A DNA stretch of 64,000 bases from Elusimicrobiota bacterium (GTDB lineage: Bacteria; Elusimicrobiota; Elusimicrobia; UBA1565; UBA9628), in the NCBI GenBank assembly GCA_044450965.1, contig JBIOJO010000012.1, positions 3,040 to 67,039 on the forward strand. Direction: 5' to 3'. Each line of letters starts with the position of its first letter. Within the stretch, counting starts at the first letter, position 1. A program made the translations under genes and the position numbers. This document shows, one piece after another, positions 35,593 to 45,644 of this stretch. The notes beneath the pieces were generated by a model. The model saw nothing but the letters and a program-made list of their open reading frames with translations. It made no database searches and was not told the origin of the DNA.

Positions 35593-38500
35593 ATGACTTC
35601 GATTCGATTCACTCGCAACGTGAAATCCGCGATCGCCTCAGCCGTCAGCCTGTCCCTGTTCTTGAGTTCCGCCGGTTGGCCCGCGTCGCGGGCGTTCGCC
35701 CAGGCCGTCAGCGCGGCGCGCGCCGTCGAAGGAGCTTCTCCCGTCCTGGCGCTTCCGGTCTCCGCCGCGTCCTCCCTGTCACCGATCTCTCCGCTGTCCG
35801 CGGGCGCCGCGTCGTTGAATTCCGCTCCGCCCGCGGCCTCCGCGCCGTCCTTCCGGAGCGCCTCTTCCGCGTTCGCTCCGGCGCGCGCCGCCGTTCCCGC
35901 GGCCTTGCCCAGCGCGGCACCCGCGCTTCACGCGGCTCCCGCCGCGGCGGACAAGGCGAAGCCGTCCGCGCCCGCGCCGTCCGAGCCCGCCGCGGCGCCG
36001 TCCGCCCCGCAGAGCGAGGGCGGCCCCCGCTGGGTGGAATCCGACGGCGCCGAGAAGCCCGTCAAGTCGGACGAGTCCGGGCCGCGCTGGGTGAAGACCG
36101 GGATGAAGGCCTGGATCGGCCGGCAGCTCTCCCGCTGGACGAAGGCCGACGCGGCCGTGTCGCGCAAGGAATTCGACGGGGACCGCGCTCATGACCACGC
36201 CGCGCAGGACGCGCCGGCGGCCGTCGCGGGCGCCGAATCCTCCTCCGCCTCGGGATTGTCCAAGGGCGACGAGGCCTCCCGCATCATCAACGACGTCTCG
36301 ATTCCGACCCCCGAGGCCGCGCGCCGCGTCGGCGAGCTCCGCCACGAGCACGGGACCCCGCTGTGGGCGAAGGTCGTGGCGCCTCTGTCGGTGATCGCGG
36401 CGGGCGTCGTGGCGTTCCACTTCGGCGCCGTCGGCGTCCTGACCTTGGGCGCGGGCTTGGTGGTGTCGGTCCTCGCCCACGAAGTCGCGCATCTGGCCGT
36501 CCTCAAGGCGCTGGGAGACCACACGGCGGAACACGCCGGCTCCCACAGCCTGAACCCGTTTCACCACGTGGACGCGGTCAAGACCGTGATCCTGCCGGCG
36601 CTGTCGCTGGCGATCTCCAGCGCGCTGCTCCCGTTCCCGATCCTGCTGGGCTCCGGAAAGGCCGTGGACGCGGACTTCAACAACCTGCGGGGCCCGCTGG
36701 GCGGACCGCGCTCGGCGCGCAACGCGTTCTGGGTGGCGGCGGCCGGTCCGCTGACGAACTTCGCGATCGCCGGTCTCGCCCTGGGCGCGGCCGCGCTTCT
36801 TCCGGCCGGAGGCCTGCTGGCGGGCGTGGCGATCGGCCTGGCGCACATGAATCTCGCGCTCGGCGTGTTCAACCTCCTGCCTTTGCCTCAGCTGGACGGC
36901 GGCAAGATGCTGGCCAGCGCGCTCCCCGAGGGCCTGTACGCGAAATGGGTGTACAACCCCAACGTGGAGAAGGGCTATCAGGGCCTGTTCCGCCGGCTGT
37001 ACGAAGGTCCGACGAACCTGCTCACCTTCATCGCCGACAAGCTGGGCGTGAAGAGCCAGAAAGGGCTGAACCTGGTCGCCAACGGCGTGACCTTCGCGGC
37101 GCTGGCGGCGTTCTACGCGGTGGCGTACGTCCATTTCGCGGTCGCGGTCCCGCTGCTGTTCCTGGCGCTGCCGTGCACGTACGACTACTGGTGCATCCGC
37201 GAGAAGGTCCGCTCCGAGGCGGCCGTGAAGGACGTCATGGACATCTTCAGCGTCTGGAGCTCTGTCATCGCCCAGATCGCCGAGGACCACGGGATGGCGA
37301 GCGAGGTCAGCCTGTTCGAGACCGAGCACGCGATGAAGAACGCCCTCGAGACCCTCATCGACGAGATGATGGCGAAAGAGGACTTCCGCGCGATGTCCGA
37401 CGAGGAGAAGATGGCCGCGGTCATGGCCGCGTATCCCGACAAGGCCGCCGACTTCCTGAAGGACAAGGTCTTCACCGAGGGCGCCGACACCAAGGAGAAG
37501 ATCCTGGAGGTCCTCCGCGACCCGCGCAACGGCCCGTTCTACGACCGCCTCAAGAAGTGGTTCGGCGACCACGACATCTTCAAGCGCTGGGACAACCCGA
37601 AGTACGAGGGCAAGCTCCGCGACCAGATGAAGGACGCCGACAAGCCGAAGTCCCGCGGCCAGGGCGGCTCCACGACCTTCGGCATGCTGGGCTTCCTGGC
37701 GCTGGTCGGCGGGGGAACCTTGCTGCTCGGCGCTCACGCGCCGGCGCTGGCGGGGGGCCTGGGCCTTCTCGGCCTGATGGGCACTTTGTCCGCGACGGGT
37801 TCGCCGCGCGCGTCGAAGTTCCAGCCGCGTCCCGGCGACGAGAGCAGCAACCTGCGCGTGCGCTTCGCGGAAGGCACGACGCCGGAGCAGGCGCGCGAGG
37901 TTCTGCGCGCGTACGACGGCGCGGTGCAGGAGGACACGGGCAATCTGGTGGTGTTCCACGTTCCGGCCGCCAACCCCGCGGCCGCGGTCATGATCGCCCG
38001 CGCGCTCGTCGAGTCCGAGCGCGTCGAGATCATTTCCGCTTCCAGCGCGGTCTACCCTTTGCTGAACGCCGGGGCGGAGGAGTCCGCCCAGCTTCCGCTC
38101 CCGCTTCCCTCGGCGCAGGGCGACGGCGATCCCCGCGCCGCCTCGGAGACGTCCGACGTCCCGTCCCCGACGTTCTCTCGCCCGATCCCCCGCGAGTGGC
38201 ACGAGAAGCTGCGCACCTCGCGCGGCCACCTGCACACGCGCGTGACGGTGCTTTTCAAGCCGGGCACGCCCGTGGGCATCGCGAAGGAGGTCCTCCGCGC
38301 CTACGAGACCAAGACGCCTTTCGGCGGTCCCTCTCACGTCGTGTTCCGCGTGGACGCCGGCAACCAGGTGGAGGCCGCCGCGATCGCCTCGGAGCTGGCC
38401 AAGAACGAGAAGGTAGCCACCGTCTCGGTCACCGGGGCCGTCTATCATCGCCTGACCGGCCATAACGAGCCCGCCGAGCCGTCCGCCTCGTCCGAGCCGA

Positions 38501-41500
38501 CGACCCCCGCCGAACCCGCCCGGACCGAGACGCCCGCCGAGCCCGCCGCTCCCGAGGCCGCCGCTTCGGCGCCGCAGCCGACCGAGGCCGAGCAGGCCGC
38601 CGCGCACGAGGCCGCCGTGGAGGCCGAGGCGCGCGCCCAGGACGCCGGCGACGGCCGAGCGAAGATCGGAGTCCGCGAAGGGGCCGCCGAAGGCGTCGCC
38701 GGCGCCGACCTCGGCGACCGCGACATCCTCGTCGAGCTCGCCGCCAGTCTTTCCGACGAGGTTCGCGAACGGATCCGCTCGGATATATCCGCGATGAGTC
38801 CCGTCACCCGCGCCAGCATCCGCGAGGACGGCATCCTGTCGTTGGGCCTGCGCTTCGACGTGGACGACGCCGTCGAGGTGGCCAAGGAGATCGCCAAGCT
38901 CAAGGCGGTCAAGTCCGTCACGACGTCCTTGGCCGTCCGCGACCGCATGATGGCCGTGTCCCTGCCCGCGAAGATCGCGTCGCACGGCAAGGAGCATTGG
39001 AGCACGAGCGCCGTCCTGGTCGGCTTCGCCGCGGACACCCCTCGCGTCGAGATCGAGAAGATCTTCAAGGCCCAGGGCCAGAATCATCTGTTCCGGCACG
39101 GGGACCTTTATGTCCTGAGCCTGCGCGACGCGAAGAAGGCCGCCGAGGCGGCCAAGGAGCTGGCCGGGGACGCGGCCGTCGTTTCCGTCGAGGTCCACCC
39201 GAACGTGGGCGCGGCGCTGGAGAACCGTCTGACCCAGCCTTACCCGAAGGCGGAGAGCTACGACCCGTCCCAAGCCGTCCTGATCCAGTTCAAGCCGGGA
39301 ACCACCGAAGCGGAAATGAAGGATTACGCCGAGCTCCGGAAGATGAAGCTGATCTACCCCAAGTTCCGCGGCATGGAGAACCTGGCTCTGGCCGAAGTCC
39401 TGTTCGGCGGCGACGCCGCGCTCACCCGGCAGATGCTGACCGACGAGACCCTCGACGAGGGCTCCAAGGTCGCGGAGGTCAAGCCGTTCAAGGAGCAGCC
39501 CGGCGAGGCGCCGTTGGCGCCGTCCGCCGCCGCCGTCGCGCGGGCCGAGGCCCGCAAGGCCGCGCTGGCCGCCGCCGAGGAAGCCAAGCGCCACGTGCCG
39601 CGCCGCGACGTCTCGGCGGAGTGGCTGAACTTCCTCCAGACGCGCAAGCTCAACGACGGCACCACCCTCAACGACAAGCAGGTCCAGGCGCTGGCGGAGT
39701 TCCTGAAGCCCGTCGCGAAAGGCCCGGGAGAGGCGCGCCCGCCCGTGGTCGCGCGCACCGAGGAAGTGAAGCGGATGCTGCCGATCGTGACGTCTCCGCG
39801 CGGCATGCGCAACAGCGTGATCCTGGTCGGCGGCGCCGGCACCGGCAAGACCGCGGTCGCCGAAGGCCTGGCCGAGATGATCGAGGACGCCGAGCACGCG
39901 TCCGCCAACGACGGAGACCAGTTCCTGCAGTTCCAGCGCCTGAAGGGACGCTGGCTGGTGGAGCTGGACATCAACAAGGTCCTGTCCGCCGAGGATCCGA
40001 TCAAGGTCCTGAACGCGGTGCTGGACATCCTGCCGCGCTTCAACGACCCGAACCCGGGCCGCGGCAACGAGGTCATCGTCCTGATGGACGAGATCCAAAA
40101 GTTCTTCCTGGACAACCAGGGGCAGAAGATCGCCAACATCCTGAAGGGCCCGCTGCGCGACGGCAAGATTTCCGTGATCGCGACGACGACGGACACCGAG
40201 TACAAGAAGTTCATCGAGTCCGACGACGCGTTCCGCCGCCGCCTGGAGAAGATCGACGTCGCCGAGCCGAACGTGGCGCAGACCACGCGCATCCTGCGCG
40301 CCATGAAGGGCTGGCTGACGAAGATCCACGACGCGGTGGTCCCCGACGAGGCGCTGGTGGCGGCCGCCAAGCTGACCGACCAGTTCGACAAGACGAACTT
40401 CAATCCGGACAAGTCCATCAAGGCCGTGCAGGACGGCGCCGAGCTGTCGCGCCCCGAGAACCTGCGCGCGGCCGTCACCTTGGACATTCGCGAGACTTGG
40501 AACGACCTGACGGTCGCCGTCAACGAGGCGCGCCAGGCCCTCCTCGACAAGGGCATCGCGTCGACGTTGGCTTTGCCCATCGAGGCGTACAACAAGATCG
40601 CCGACCTCATCAAGAAGGCCGAGGCGCTTTACGCCGAGCGCGAGGCGATCGCCGACGGCCAGGGCCGCCTGACCGTGGACGTGGTCAAGCGCGTGATCGC
40701 CCAGAAGACGGGCATCGCCTCCGGCCAGCTGAACATGGGAGAGGAGGACGCCTCCCGCTACAACGACATGGAGAAGACCATCGGCGCGCGCGTGATCAAC
40801 CAGGATCCCGCCCTGACGGCCATCGCCAACGCGATCCGGCGCAATAAGGCCGGCCTCTCCAACCCGAACCGGCCCATGGGCAAGTTCCTGCTCACCGGCC
40901 CCACCGGCGTCGGCAAGACGTATCTGGCCAAGGAGCTGGCGCGTTTCCTGTTCAACGACCCCGAGGCCATGATCCGCATGGACATGTCCGAGTACATGGA
41001 AGAGCACACCGCTCAGCGCCTGACCGGCTCGCCGCCCGGCTACGTCGGCTACGGCGAGGGCGGACAGCTCACCGAGGCCGTGCGCAAGAAGCCCTACTCC
41101 GTGATCCTGTTCGACGAGGTCGAGAAGGCGCATCCGAAGGTGTTCGACGTGCTGCTCCAGATCCTGGACGACGGCCGCCTCACCGACGGCCAGGGCCGCA
41201 CGATCGACTTCAAGAACACCGTCATCCTGATGACCTCGAACGCGGGCATGGGCTCCGTGGACGGCGAGAAGTACGCCAAGCTGCTCGACGCGATCGAGGA
41301 GCACAACGCCGCGGTCGAGGAAAAGACCGCCCAGCGCCAGGCCGTCGAGAAGGCCTGGGACGACGAGATCGACGCGGCCGTCGCGGAGCACCTGAAGGCC
41401 AGCTTCCGCCCCGAGTTCCTGAACCGGCTGGACGAGGACCCGCGCTCCAAGAACAAATGGATCCGCGTCAACCGCCTGCGCGCGCAGGACACGGCCAAGA

Positions 41501-43977
41501 TCGCGAAGATCCAGGTCGGGGAGTTCGCGCACCTGTTGGCCGACCGCCACGACACGGACCTGGTGGTGGACCCGTCGGTGATCGAGTTCCTGGCGAAGGA
41601 GGGCTTCTCGCACCTGTACGGCGCGCGTCCCATGACGGCGGCCATCGAGAAGCACATCGTGGACCCCATGGCGAAGTGGATTCTTGAGGAAGCCGCGAAC
41701 GGCCACAACAACGTGCGCGGCGGCCTGATCACGGTCTCCTACGACGGACAGAAGATCGTCTTCAAGGCGGAGGTCAAGCCCGCGAAGGACATCCAGCGCG
41801 CGTCGCTGAAGGACGCGTCGGCCTCGATGGCCGCCGAGGTGTTCACCTTGATCGAGGGACTGGTCGGCGAGGGCGGCGGCGAGGAGCCGTCGGAGGGCCT
41901 GTTCGACCGGCTGCTGCGTTCGTCCCGTCCCGCGCCCGCGTCGCAGGCGAAGGTCGAGACGGCGCCGGCCGTTCGGGCGTTCTTCGCGCCGGATTCGTCC
42001 TTGGCCATGCCGGACGGCGCGCGCGCCGTCGCGGCGCTGCACAACCGCGCGAAGGGCGCCGACGCGGCGGCCCGGGCGGAGATCAAGGCCGTGACCGAGG
42101 CCGTCGCGGCCGCGGGCTGGTCCGACGCCGTCGCGGGGGCGCTGTCCTCGCCCGCGGGTCAGCCCGGCGAGGGCTGGCTGAAGCAGATCGTGGCGTTCGC
42201 CAAGGACCGCGCCGAGAAGGCGGCGGTGGAAAAGCCCATCGAGATCGTCAGCGCGGTGGACGCGGACCGCGTGCGCGTGCTGATCCACTCGGACGCGGAG
42301 CTCTCCGACGCCGACAAGGCTTATCTGGCCGCTCACTTCACCGGCGCGGCGCCGGCCTCCTACGAGGCCGCCCAGCAGATCGTCGACAACCTCAACCTCA
42401 ACGGCGGCATGACGCGCAACCACAACCTGCTGGACCTGTACCGCCGCCTGAAGGACATCCCGGGCGCGCGCATGGGCTACGCCGTCGGCGCGTCCGCGCG
42501 CGGCGGCAAGGGCTCGGACCTGTGGCTGGACATCCGCAAGGAAGAGCCGAAGCCCGAGGCCGACCGCGCCATAGGGCGCGGAAGCGCCGCTTCCTCCGAT
42601 TCCGTCAGCAAGGCGGCTACGCCGCATCAGGAGCGGGAGATGGCCAAGACCCGCGATCTGATGATGCGCTTCATCGACCAGTCCCGCTTCAAGTCGGAGG
42701 CGGACCAGGACGGGACCGCCATCCGCGTCGCGGCGGCGGAGAGCTACGCGCGCCTGGCGACGCCGGCCGACCTGGAGGTCGCCCGCGCCTGGATCGCCGA
42801 GAACGAGTGGGCCGCTCCGGGAAAGGCGCAGTTGGCCCTGACGTCCAAGAACGCCTGGGTGATGACGACCGCGTTGATCCTGAAGCGCTTCGGCGGAACC
42901 GAGGACATCGCCCGCCTCGAAACCATGTCGGCCAACGTCAGCGATTACTCGCACTATCAGGTCCCGATGCACAACGCCTTGGTGGACGCGCTGGCCGTGC
43001 TGTACGCGCAGGCGGGGCTTTCGGCGGTCCGCGAGGCGGCCGTCCGCGTCGCTCAGAACAAGCCGGGCAACGACAAGGACATCAAGCGGGCCGTCGCCCG
43101 CGCGCTGGGGCATTTGGGCTACCCCGCCGACCTGGAAGCGGTCAAGGCCGACGGCGACGGAGTCACCGCGCTGTACCGGCGCATGGGCAAGGGCGACGAG
43201 CTGCGCGCCGAGTTCTACGACGACGCCGTCTGGAACAAGATCGACGGCGAGCGCAAGATCGCCGTCCTGGCCCTGGTCGGGGAGCAGGCCGAGCCGACCG
43301 ATCAGACGTTCGCGCTTCTGGCCGCGGTCCTGCGCGGAAGCCGCGCCGGCGACCGCGTCGTGCGCTATCAGGCGGCCCAGGCGTGGGCGAATTTGACGGC
43401 CGCGACGGGCCGCACGCGCGGCCTGGGAGAGGCGATCTCCGGATACTTTAAAACCAACGGCATCGGCCAGTACAACGATCCGTGGGCCGTGCTTTACGCC
43501 TACGTCCTGGCGGCGGAGCAGGCGGGGGGGGCGGACGCCCTGCCCGCGCTGGAAGCCATCATGAACGTCGACCCGGGCCCCTACAACGCGGTCAACAGCA
43601 ATCACGAGCAGATGTACTTCTCGACCCCCGAGGCCTGGGCGAAGACCCTGATCCGCAGCGGGAAATTCGCCGAGTACGCCCGGCCGGCGCTGGGTCCCGA
43701 CGGGGCGCCGCTTCCGTCCCGCCTGCAGCAGATGCTGCTCGAGAAGAACCATCCGATGATGGTGGCGGCCGCCCTGCGCGCGATCGGTTTGGCGCGCGAT
43801 CCGTCCGTCAAGGGAAAGACCGGCGCGGACGGCGCGGCGGTCCCCGCGATCGACCACGCCGCCCCTCCCGCGTCGGGCGGTTCCGGGGGCTACCACGGCG
43901 GCTATCCCGACTACGCTTACGGTCAGCGCCACAGCTACCTGATGCGCCGCTGGGAGCGCGACCTGCCGCCGATGTAG
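35593..43977 (+). CDS. giant multidomain protein: N-terminal signal/TM + Ala/Pro-rich linker + M50 (site-2 protease) membrane metallopeptidase domain + ClpB/ClpA-like double AAA+ (D1, middle, D2, D2-small) + C-terminal HEAT/PBS-lyase-like repeats
   Basis: M50 signatures: HEVAHLAV (nt about 36478) and FNLLPLPQLDGGKM within multi-TM segments. AAA+ D1 Walker A VILVGGAGTGKTAVAEGLAEMI (about 39830), Walker B VIVLMDEIQKF. LPDK-like NPDKSIKAV. D2 Walker A LLTGPTGVGKTYLAKELA (about 40900). The D2 stretch MDMSEYMEEHTAQRLTGSPPGYVGYGEGGQLTEAVRKKPYSVILFDEVEKAHPKVFDVLLQILDDGRLTDGQGRTIDFKNTVILMTSN is near-canonical ClpB. FLNRLDE in the D2-small domain. C-terminal repeats of the ...AVRVAQNKPGNDKDIKRAVARALGHLGYPADLEA... 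type. The ORF opens at a GTG at 35551; ATG 35593 with a GGGAGA RBS is preferred. Confidence 0.8.
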   Translation: MTSIRFTRNVKSAIASAVSLSLFLSSAGWPASRAFAQAVSAARAVEGASPVLALPVSAASSLSPISPLSAGAASLNSAPPAASAPSFRSASSAFAPARAAVPAALPSAAPALHAAPAAADKAKPSAPAPSEPAAAPSAPQSEGGPRWVESDGAEKPVKSDESGPRWVKTGMKAWIGRQLSRWTKADAAVSRKEFDGDRAHDHAAQDAPAAVAGAESSSASGLSKGDEASRIINDVSIPTPEAARRVGELRHEHGTPLWAKVVAPLSVIAAGVVAFHFGAVGVLTLGAGLVVSVLAHEVAHLAVLKALGDHTAEHAGSHSLNPFHHVDAVKTVILPALSLAISSALLPFPILLGSGKAVDADFNNLRGPLGGPRSARNAFWVAAAGPLTNFAIAGLALGAAALLPAGGLLAGVAIGLAHMNLALGVFNLLPLPQLDGGKMLASALPEGLYAKWVYNPNVEKGYQGLFRRLYEGPTNLLTFIADKLGVKSQKGLNLVANGVTFAALAAFYAVAYVHFAVAVPLLFLALPCTYDYWCIREKVRSEAAVKDVMDIFSVWSSVIAQIAEDHGMASEVSLFETEHAMKNALETLIDEMMAKEDFRAMSDEEKMAAVMAAYPDKAADFLKDKVFTEGADTKEKILEVLRDPRNGPFYDRLKKWFGDHDIFKRWDNPKYEGKLRDQMKDADKPKSRGQGGSTTFGMLGFLALVGGGTLLLGAHAPALAGGLGLLGLMGTLSATGSPRASKFQPRPGDESSNLRVRFAEGTTPEQAREVLRAYDGAVQEDTGNLVVFHVPAANPAAAVMIARALVESERVEIISASSAVYPLLNAGAEESAQLPLPLPSAQGDGDPRAASETSDVPSPTFSRPIPREWHEKLRTSRGHLHTRVTVLFKPGTPVGIAKEVLRAYETKTPFGGPSHVVFRVDAGNQVEAAAIASELAKNEKVATVSVTGAVYHRLTGHNEPAEPSASSEPTTPAEPARTETPAEPAAPEAAASAPQPTEAEQAAAHEAAVEAEARAQDAGDGRAKIGVREGAAEGVAGADLGDRDILVELAASLSDEVRERIRSDISAMSPVTRASIREDGILSLGLRFDVDDAVEVAKEIAKLKAVKSVTTSLAVRDRMMAVSLPAKIASHGKEHWSTSAVLVGFAADTPRVEIEKIFKAQGQNHLFRHGDLYVLSLRDAKKAAEAAKELAGDAAVVSVEVHPNVGAALENRLTQPYPKAESYDPSQAVLIQFKPGTTEAEMKDYAELRKMKLIYPKFRGMENLALAEVLFGGDAALTRQMLTDETLDEGSKVAEVKPFKEQPGEAPLAPSAAAVARAEARKAALAAAEEAKRHVPRRDVSAEWLNFLQTRKLNDGTTLNDKQVQALAEFLKPVAKGPGEARPPVVARTEEVKRMLPIVTSPRGMRNSVILVGGAGTGKTAVAEGLAEMIEDAEHASANDGDQFLQFQRLKGRWLVELDINKVLSAEDPIKVLNAVLDILPRFNDPNPGRGNEVIVLMDEIQKFFLDNQGQKIANILKGPLRDGKISVIATTTDTEYKKFIESDDAFRRRLEKIDVAEPNVAQTTRILRAMKGWLTKIHDAVVPDEALVAAAKLTDQFDKTNFNPDKSIKAVQDGAELSRPENLRAAVTLDIRETWNDLTVAVNEARQALLDKGIASTLALPIEAYNKIADLIKKAEALYAEREAIADGQGRLTVDVVKRVIAQKTGIASGQLNMGEEDASRYNDMEKTIGARVINQDPALTAIANAIRRNKAGLSNPNRPMGKFLLTGPTGVGKTYLAKELARFLFNDPEAMIRMDMSEYMEEHTAQRLTGSPPGYVGYGEGGQLTEAVRKKPYSVILFDEVEKAHPKVFDVLLQILDDGRLTDGQGRTIDFKNTVILMTSNAGMGSVDGEKYAKLLDAIEEHNAAVEEKTAQRQAVEKAWDDEIDAAVAEHLKASFRPEFLNRLDEDPRSKNKWIRVNRLRAQDTAKIAKIQVGEFAHLLADRHDTDLVVDPSVIEFLAKEGFSHLYGARPMTAAIEKHIVDPMAKWILEEAANGHNNVRGGLITVSYDGQKIVFKAEVKPAKDIQRASLKDASASMAAEVFTLIEGLVGEGGGEEPSEGLFDRLLRSSRPAPASQAKVETAPAVRAFFAPDSSLAMPDGARAVAALHNRAKGADAAARAEIKAVTEAVAAAGWSDAVAGALSSPAGQPGEGWLKQIVAFAKDRAEKAAVEKPIEIVSAVDADRVRVLIHSDAELSDADKAYLAAHFTGAAPASYEAAQQIVDNLNLNGGMTRNHNLLDLYRRLKDIPGARMGYAVGASARGGKGSDLWLDIRKEEPKPEADRAIGRGSAASSDSVSKAATPHQEREMAKTRDLMMRFIDQSRFKSEADQDGTAIRVAAAESYARLATPADLEVARAWIAENEWAAPGKAQLALTSKNAWVMTTALILKRFGGTEDIARLETMSANVSDYSHYQVPMHNALVDALAVLYAQAGLSAVREAAVRVAQNKPGNDKDIKRAVARALGHLGYPADLEAVKADGDGVTALYRRMGKGDELRAEFYDDAVWNKIDGERKIAVLALVGEQAEPTDQTFALLAAVLRGSRAGDRVVRYQAAQAWANLTAATGRTRGLGEAISGYFKTNGIGQYNDPWAVLYAYVLAAEQAGGADALPALEAIMNVDPGPYNAVNSNHEQMYFSTPEAWAKTLIRSGKFAEYARPALGPDGAPLPSRLQQMLLEKNHPMMVAAALRAIGLARDPSVKGKTGADGAAVPAIDHAAPPASGGSGGYHGGYPDYAYGQRHSYLMRRWERDLPPM

Positions 43978-43987
43978 CGCCGGGCGG

Positions 43988-45613
43988 TTATTTCTTTTTT
44001 TCCGCGTCGGCGATCTGGCGGCGCAAGGCGCGCAGGGCGGCCAGGTAGCGGTAGGTCCGGACTTCGGCGGACTTCGGCGGCGCCGCCGAGTTCAGAGCCT
44101 CGTCGACCGTCTTCGCCGCGTCGGCCGGCCGTCCCAGCTTGAGCTCGAGCGAGGCCTTGAGGCGGACGGCCCGCAGCCAGTTGTCGCCGTAGCCCGCCTC
44201 GGCGGCCTTGACCGCGTACGGATAGGCGGCGGCGGGATCTTCGTCGGAGAGCTGGGTGGCGTAATCGTAGTTGAACGTGAACTCTCCGGGATAGGCCTTC
44301 ACCAGGGACTCGTAGAGCGCCTTCGCCTCGTCCTTGCGGCCGGCCTTCATCAGCGCCTCGCCGCGGCCGAAGTTGGCGGCGCGGGGGACGGCCAGGGGAG
44401 ATTTCGCGGCCTGGGCGGCGTAGGCGTCTGCCACCTTGGACCAGACGGCCTTGGCGGCCTCCGTGGAGCCGACGGCGTCCAGCACCGACGCCAGGTTGTA
44501 GTACAGGTCGCCCGGATCGTAGCCCGCCTCGCCCGCGGCGGGATCGGCCGACCACCGGTCGACCGAGCGGCGCAGCGCTTCCTGCAGCTCTCGCGCCGCG
44601 TTCTGGTCGGCGTCGGCCAGCGCCGACAGCCAGTCGCTGTACTCGGCGTCGTCCGGGAAGGACTTGACCAGTTCTTTGAGGGCCGCCAACCCCGCGGCGG
44701 CGTCCTCCTGCAGGCGGGCGCGCTCGCGCCGGGCCTCGAGCAGGGCCTTGCGCGCCGGCGCGCCGGTCAGGCCTTTGAGGATGGCCTCGGCCTGTTCCAA
44801 CTCGCCGCGGTCGGCTTCCCACTGCGCGACGCGCAGGCGCCGCTCCTCGGTGGCGTCAGGGCCGCCGGCGGCGACGAGGCGGGCGGCCGTCTCCACGGGC
44901 TCCCCGCGGCGGGCGGAGGCCTGCGCCATGAATTTGGCCAAAGCCGGACCGGAGCGGAATCCGACCAGTCGACCGATCTCATGAAGATCGGCGTCGGCGA
45001 CGATCAAGGTCGGGTAGCCGCCGACCTTGAAGCGCGCCTTCCAATCGAAGGAGACCGGCGCGTCGGCGTCCAGGCCCAACGTCACGAAGTTCGCCGCCGC
45101 GGCGCGGAACTCCGGCGTCGGGTAGGCGTGCTCCTCCAGATCGTTGCACGGCGGGCACCAGATCCCGTAGAAATCGATGAACAGGAGCTTGCCTTCCTTC
45201 TTGGCCCGCCTCTGCGCCTCGGACGGGACGTTGTCCAGAAAGCCCGCGGGGGCGCGGCGGTTCTCCCGGGGCGCCGAAACCATCGGCGAGGCCTTGGCCG
45301 CGGCGCGCGCGACGCCGGTCACCTTGATCTCGAAACGCTCTTGGCGGCAGAAGGTCAGAGCGTCGTCGCAGACGCTGACCAGGACGGGGATCTTGCCGGG
45401 ATTTTTCATCTGGCAGCGCACGCGGCGGGAGATCAGTTCGAGCGGGCGCTCTCCGCCGCACTTCTGGGGAGCCTCGACGTTGAAATGATGCCCGGCCGCC
45501 GGGCGCAACTCGATCACTTCGCCGACCAGCGCCGTTTCCGGACGGTTCTTGAGGAGGGACGCATCCTCGGCGAAGGCTGGGGCGACGGCCAGGACGGCGA
45601 AGAAGGGGATCAT
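43988..45613 (-). CDS. secreted thioredoxin-fold (WCPPC) protein with C-terminal TPR-like repeats
   Basis: Signal peptide MIPFFAVLAVAPAFAED. Thioredoxin motif LLFIDFYGIWCPPCNDLEE...GGYPTLIV. C-terminal half has TPR-like helical repeats. Confidence 0.7.
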   Translation of the reverse strand: MIPFFAVLAVAPAFAEDASLLKNRPETALVGEVIELRPAAGHHFNVEAPQKCGGERPLELISRRVRCQMKNPGKIPVLVSVCDDALTFCRQERFEIKVTGVARAAAKASPMVSAPRENRRAPAGFLDNVPSEAQRRAKKEGKLLFIDFYGIWCPPCNDLEEHAYPTPEFRAAAANFVTLGLDADAPVSFDWKARFKVGGYPTLIVADADLHEIGRLVGFRSGPALAKFMAQASARRGEPVETAARLVAAGGPDATEERRLRVAQWEADRGELEQAEAILKGLTGAPARKALLEARRERARLQEDAAAGLAALKELVKSFPDDAEYSDWLSALADADQNAARELQEALRRSVDRWSADPAAGEAGYDPGDLYYNLASVLDAVGSTEAAKAVWSKVADAYAAQAAKSPLAVPRAANFGRGEALMKAGRKDEAKALYESLVKAYPGEFTFNYDYATQLSDEDPAAAYPYAVKAAEAGYGDNWLRAVRLKASLELKLGRPADAAKTVDEALNSAAPPKSAEVRTYRYLAALRALRRQIADAEKKK

Positions 45614-45644
45614 GGGCTCACTTTAGCGCATCGTCCGCCGGACG

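Noticed and set aside
35779-43932. 2717-aa antisense ORF covering the whole giant gene on the minus strand
   Set aside because: Arg/Gly/Asp-rich nonsense translation with no motifs. It arises because GC3-rich coding DNA lacks stop codons on the opposite strand. The plus-strand frame carries the M50, AAA+ and HEAT signatures.
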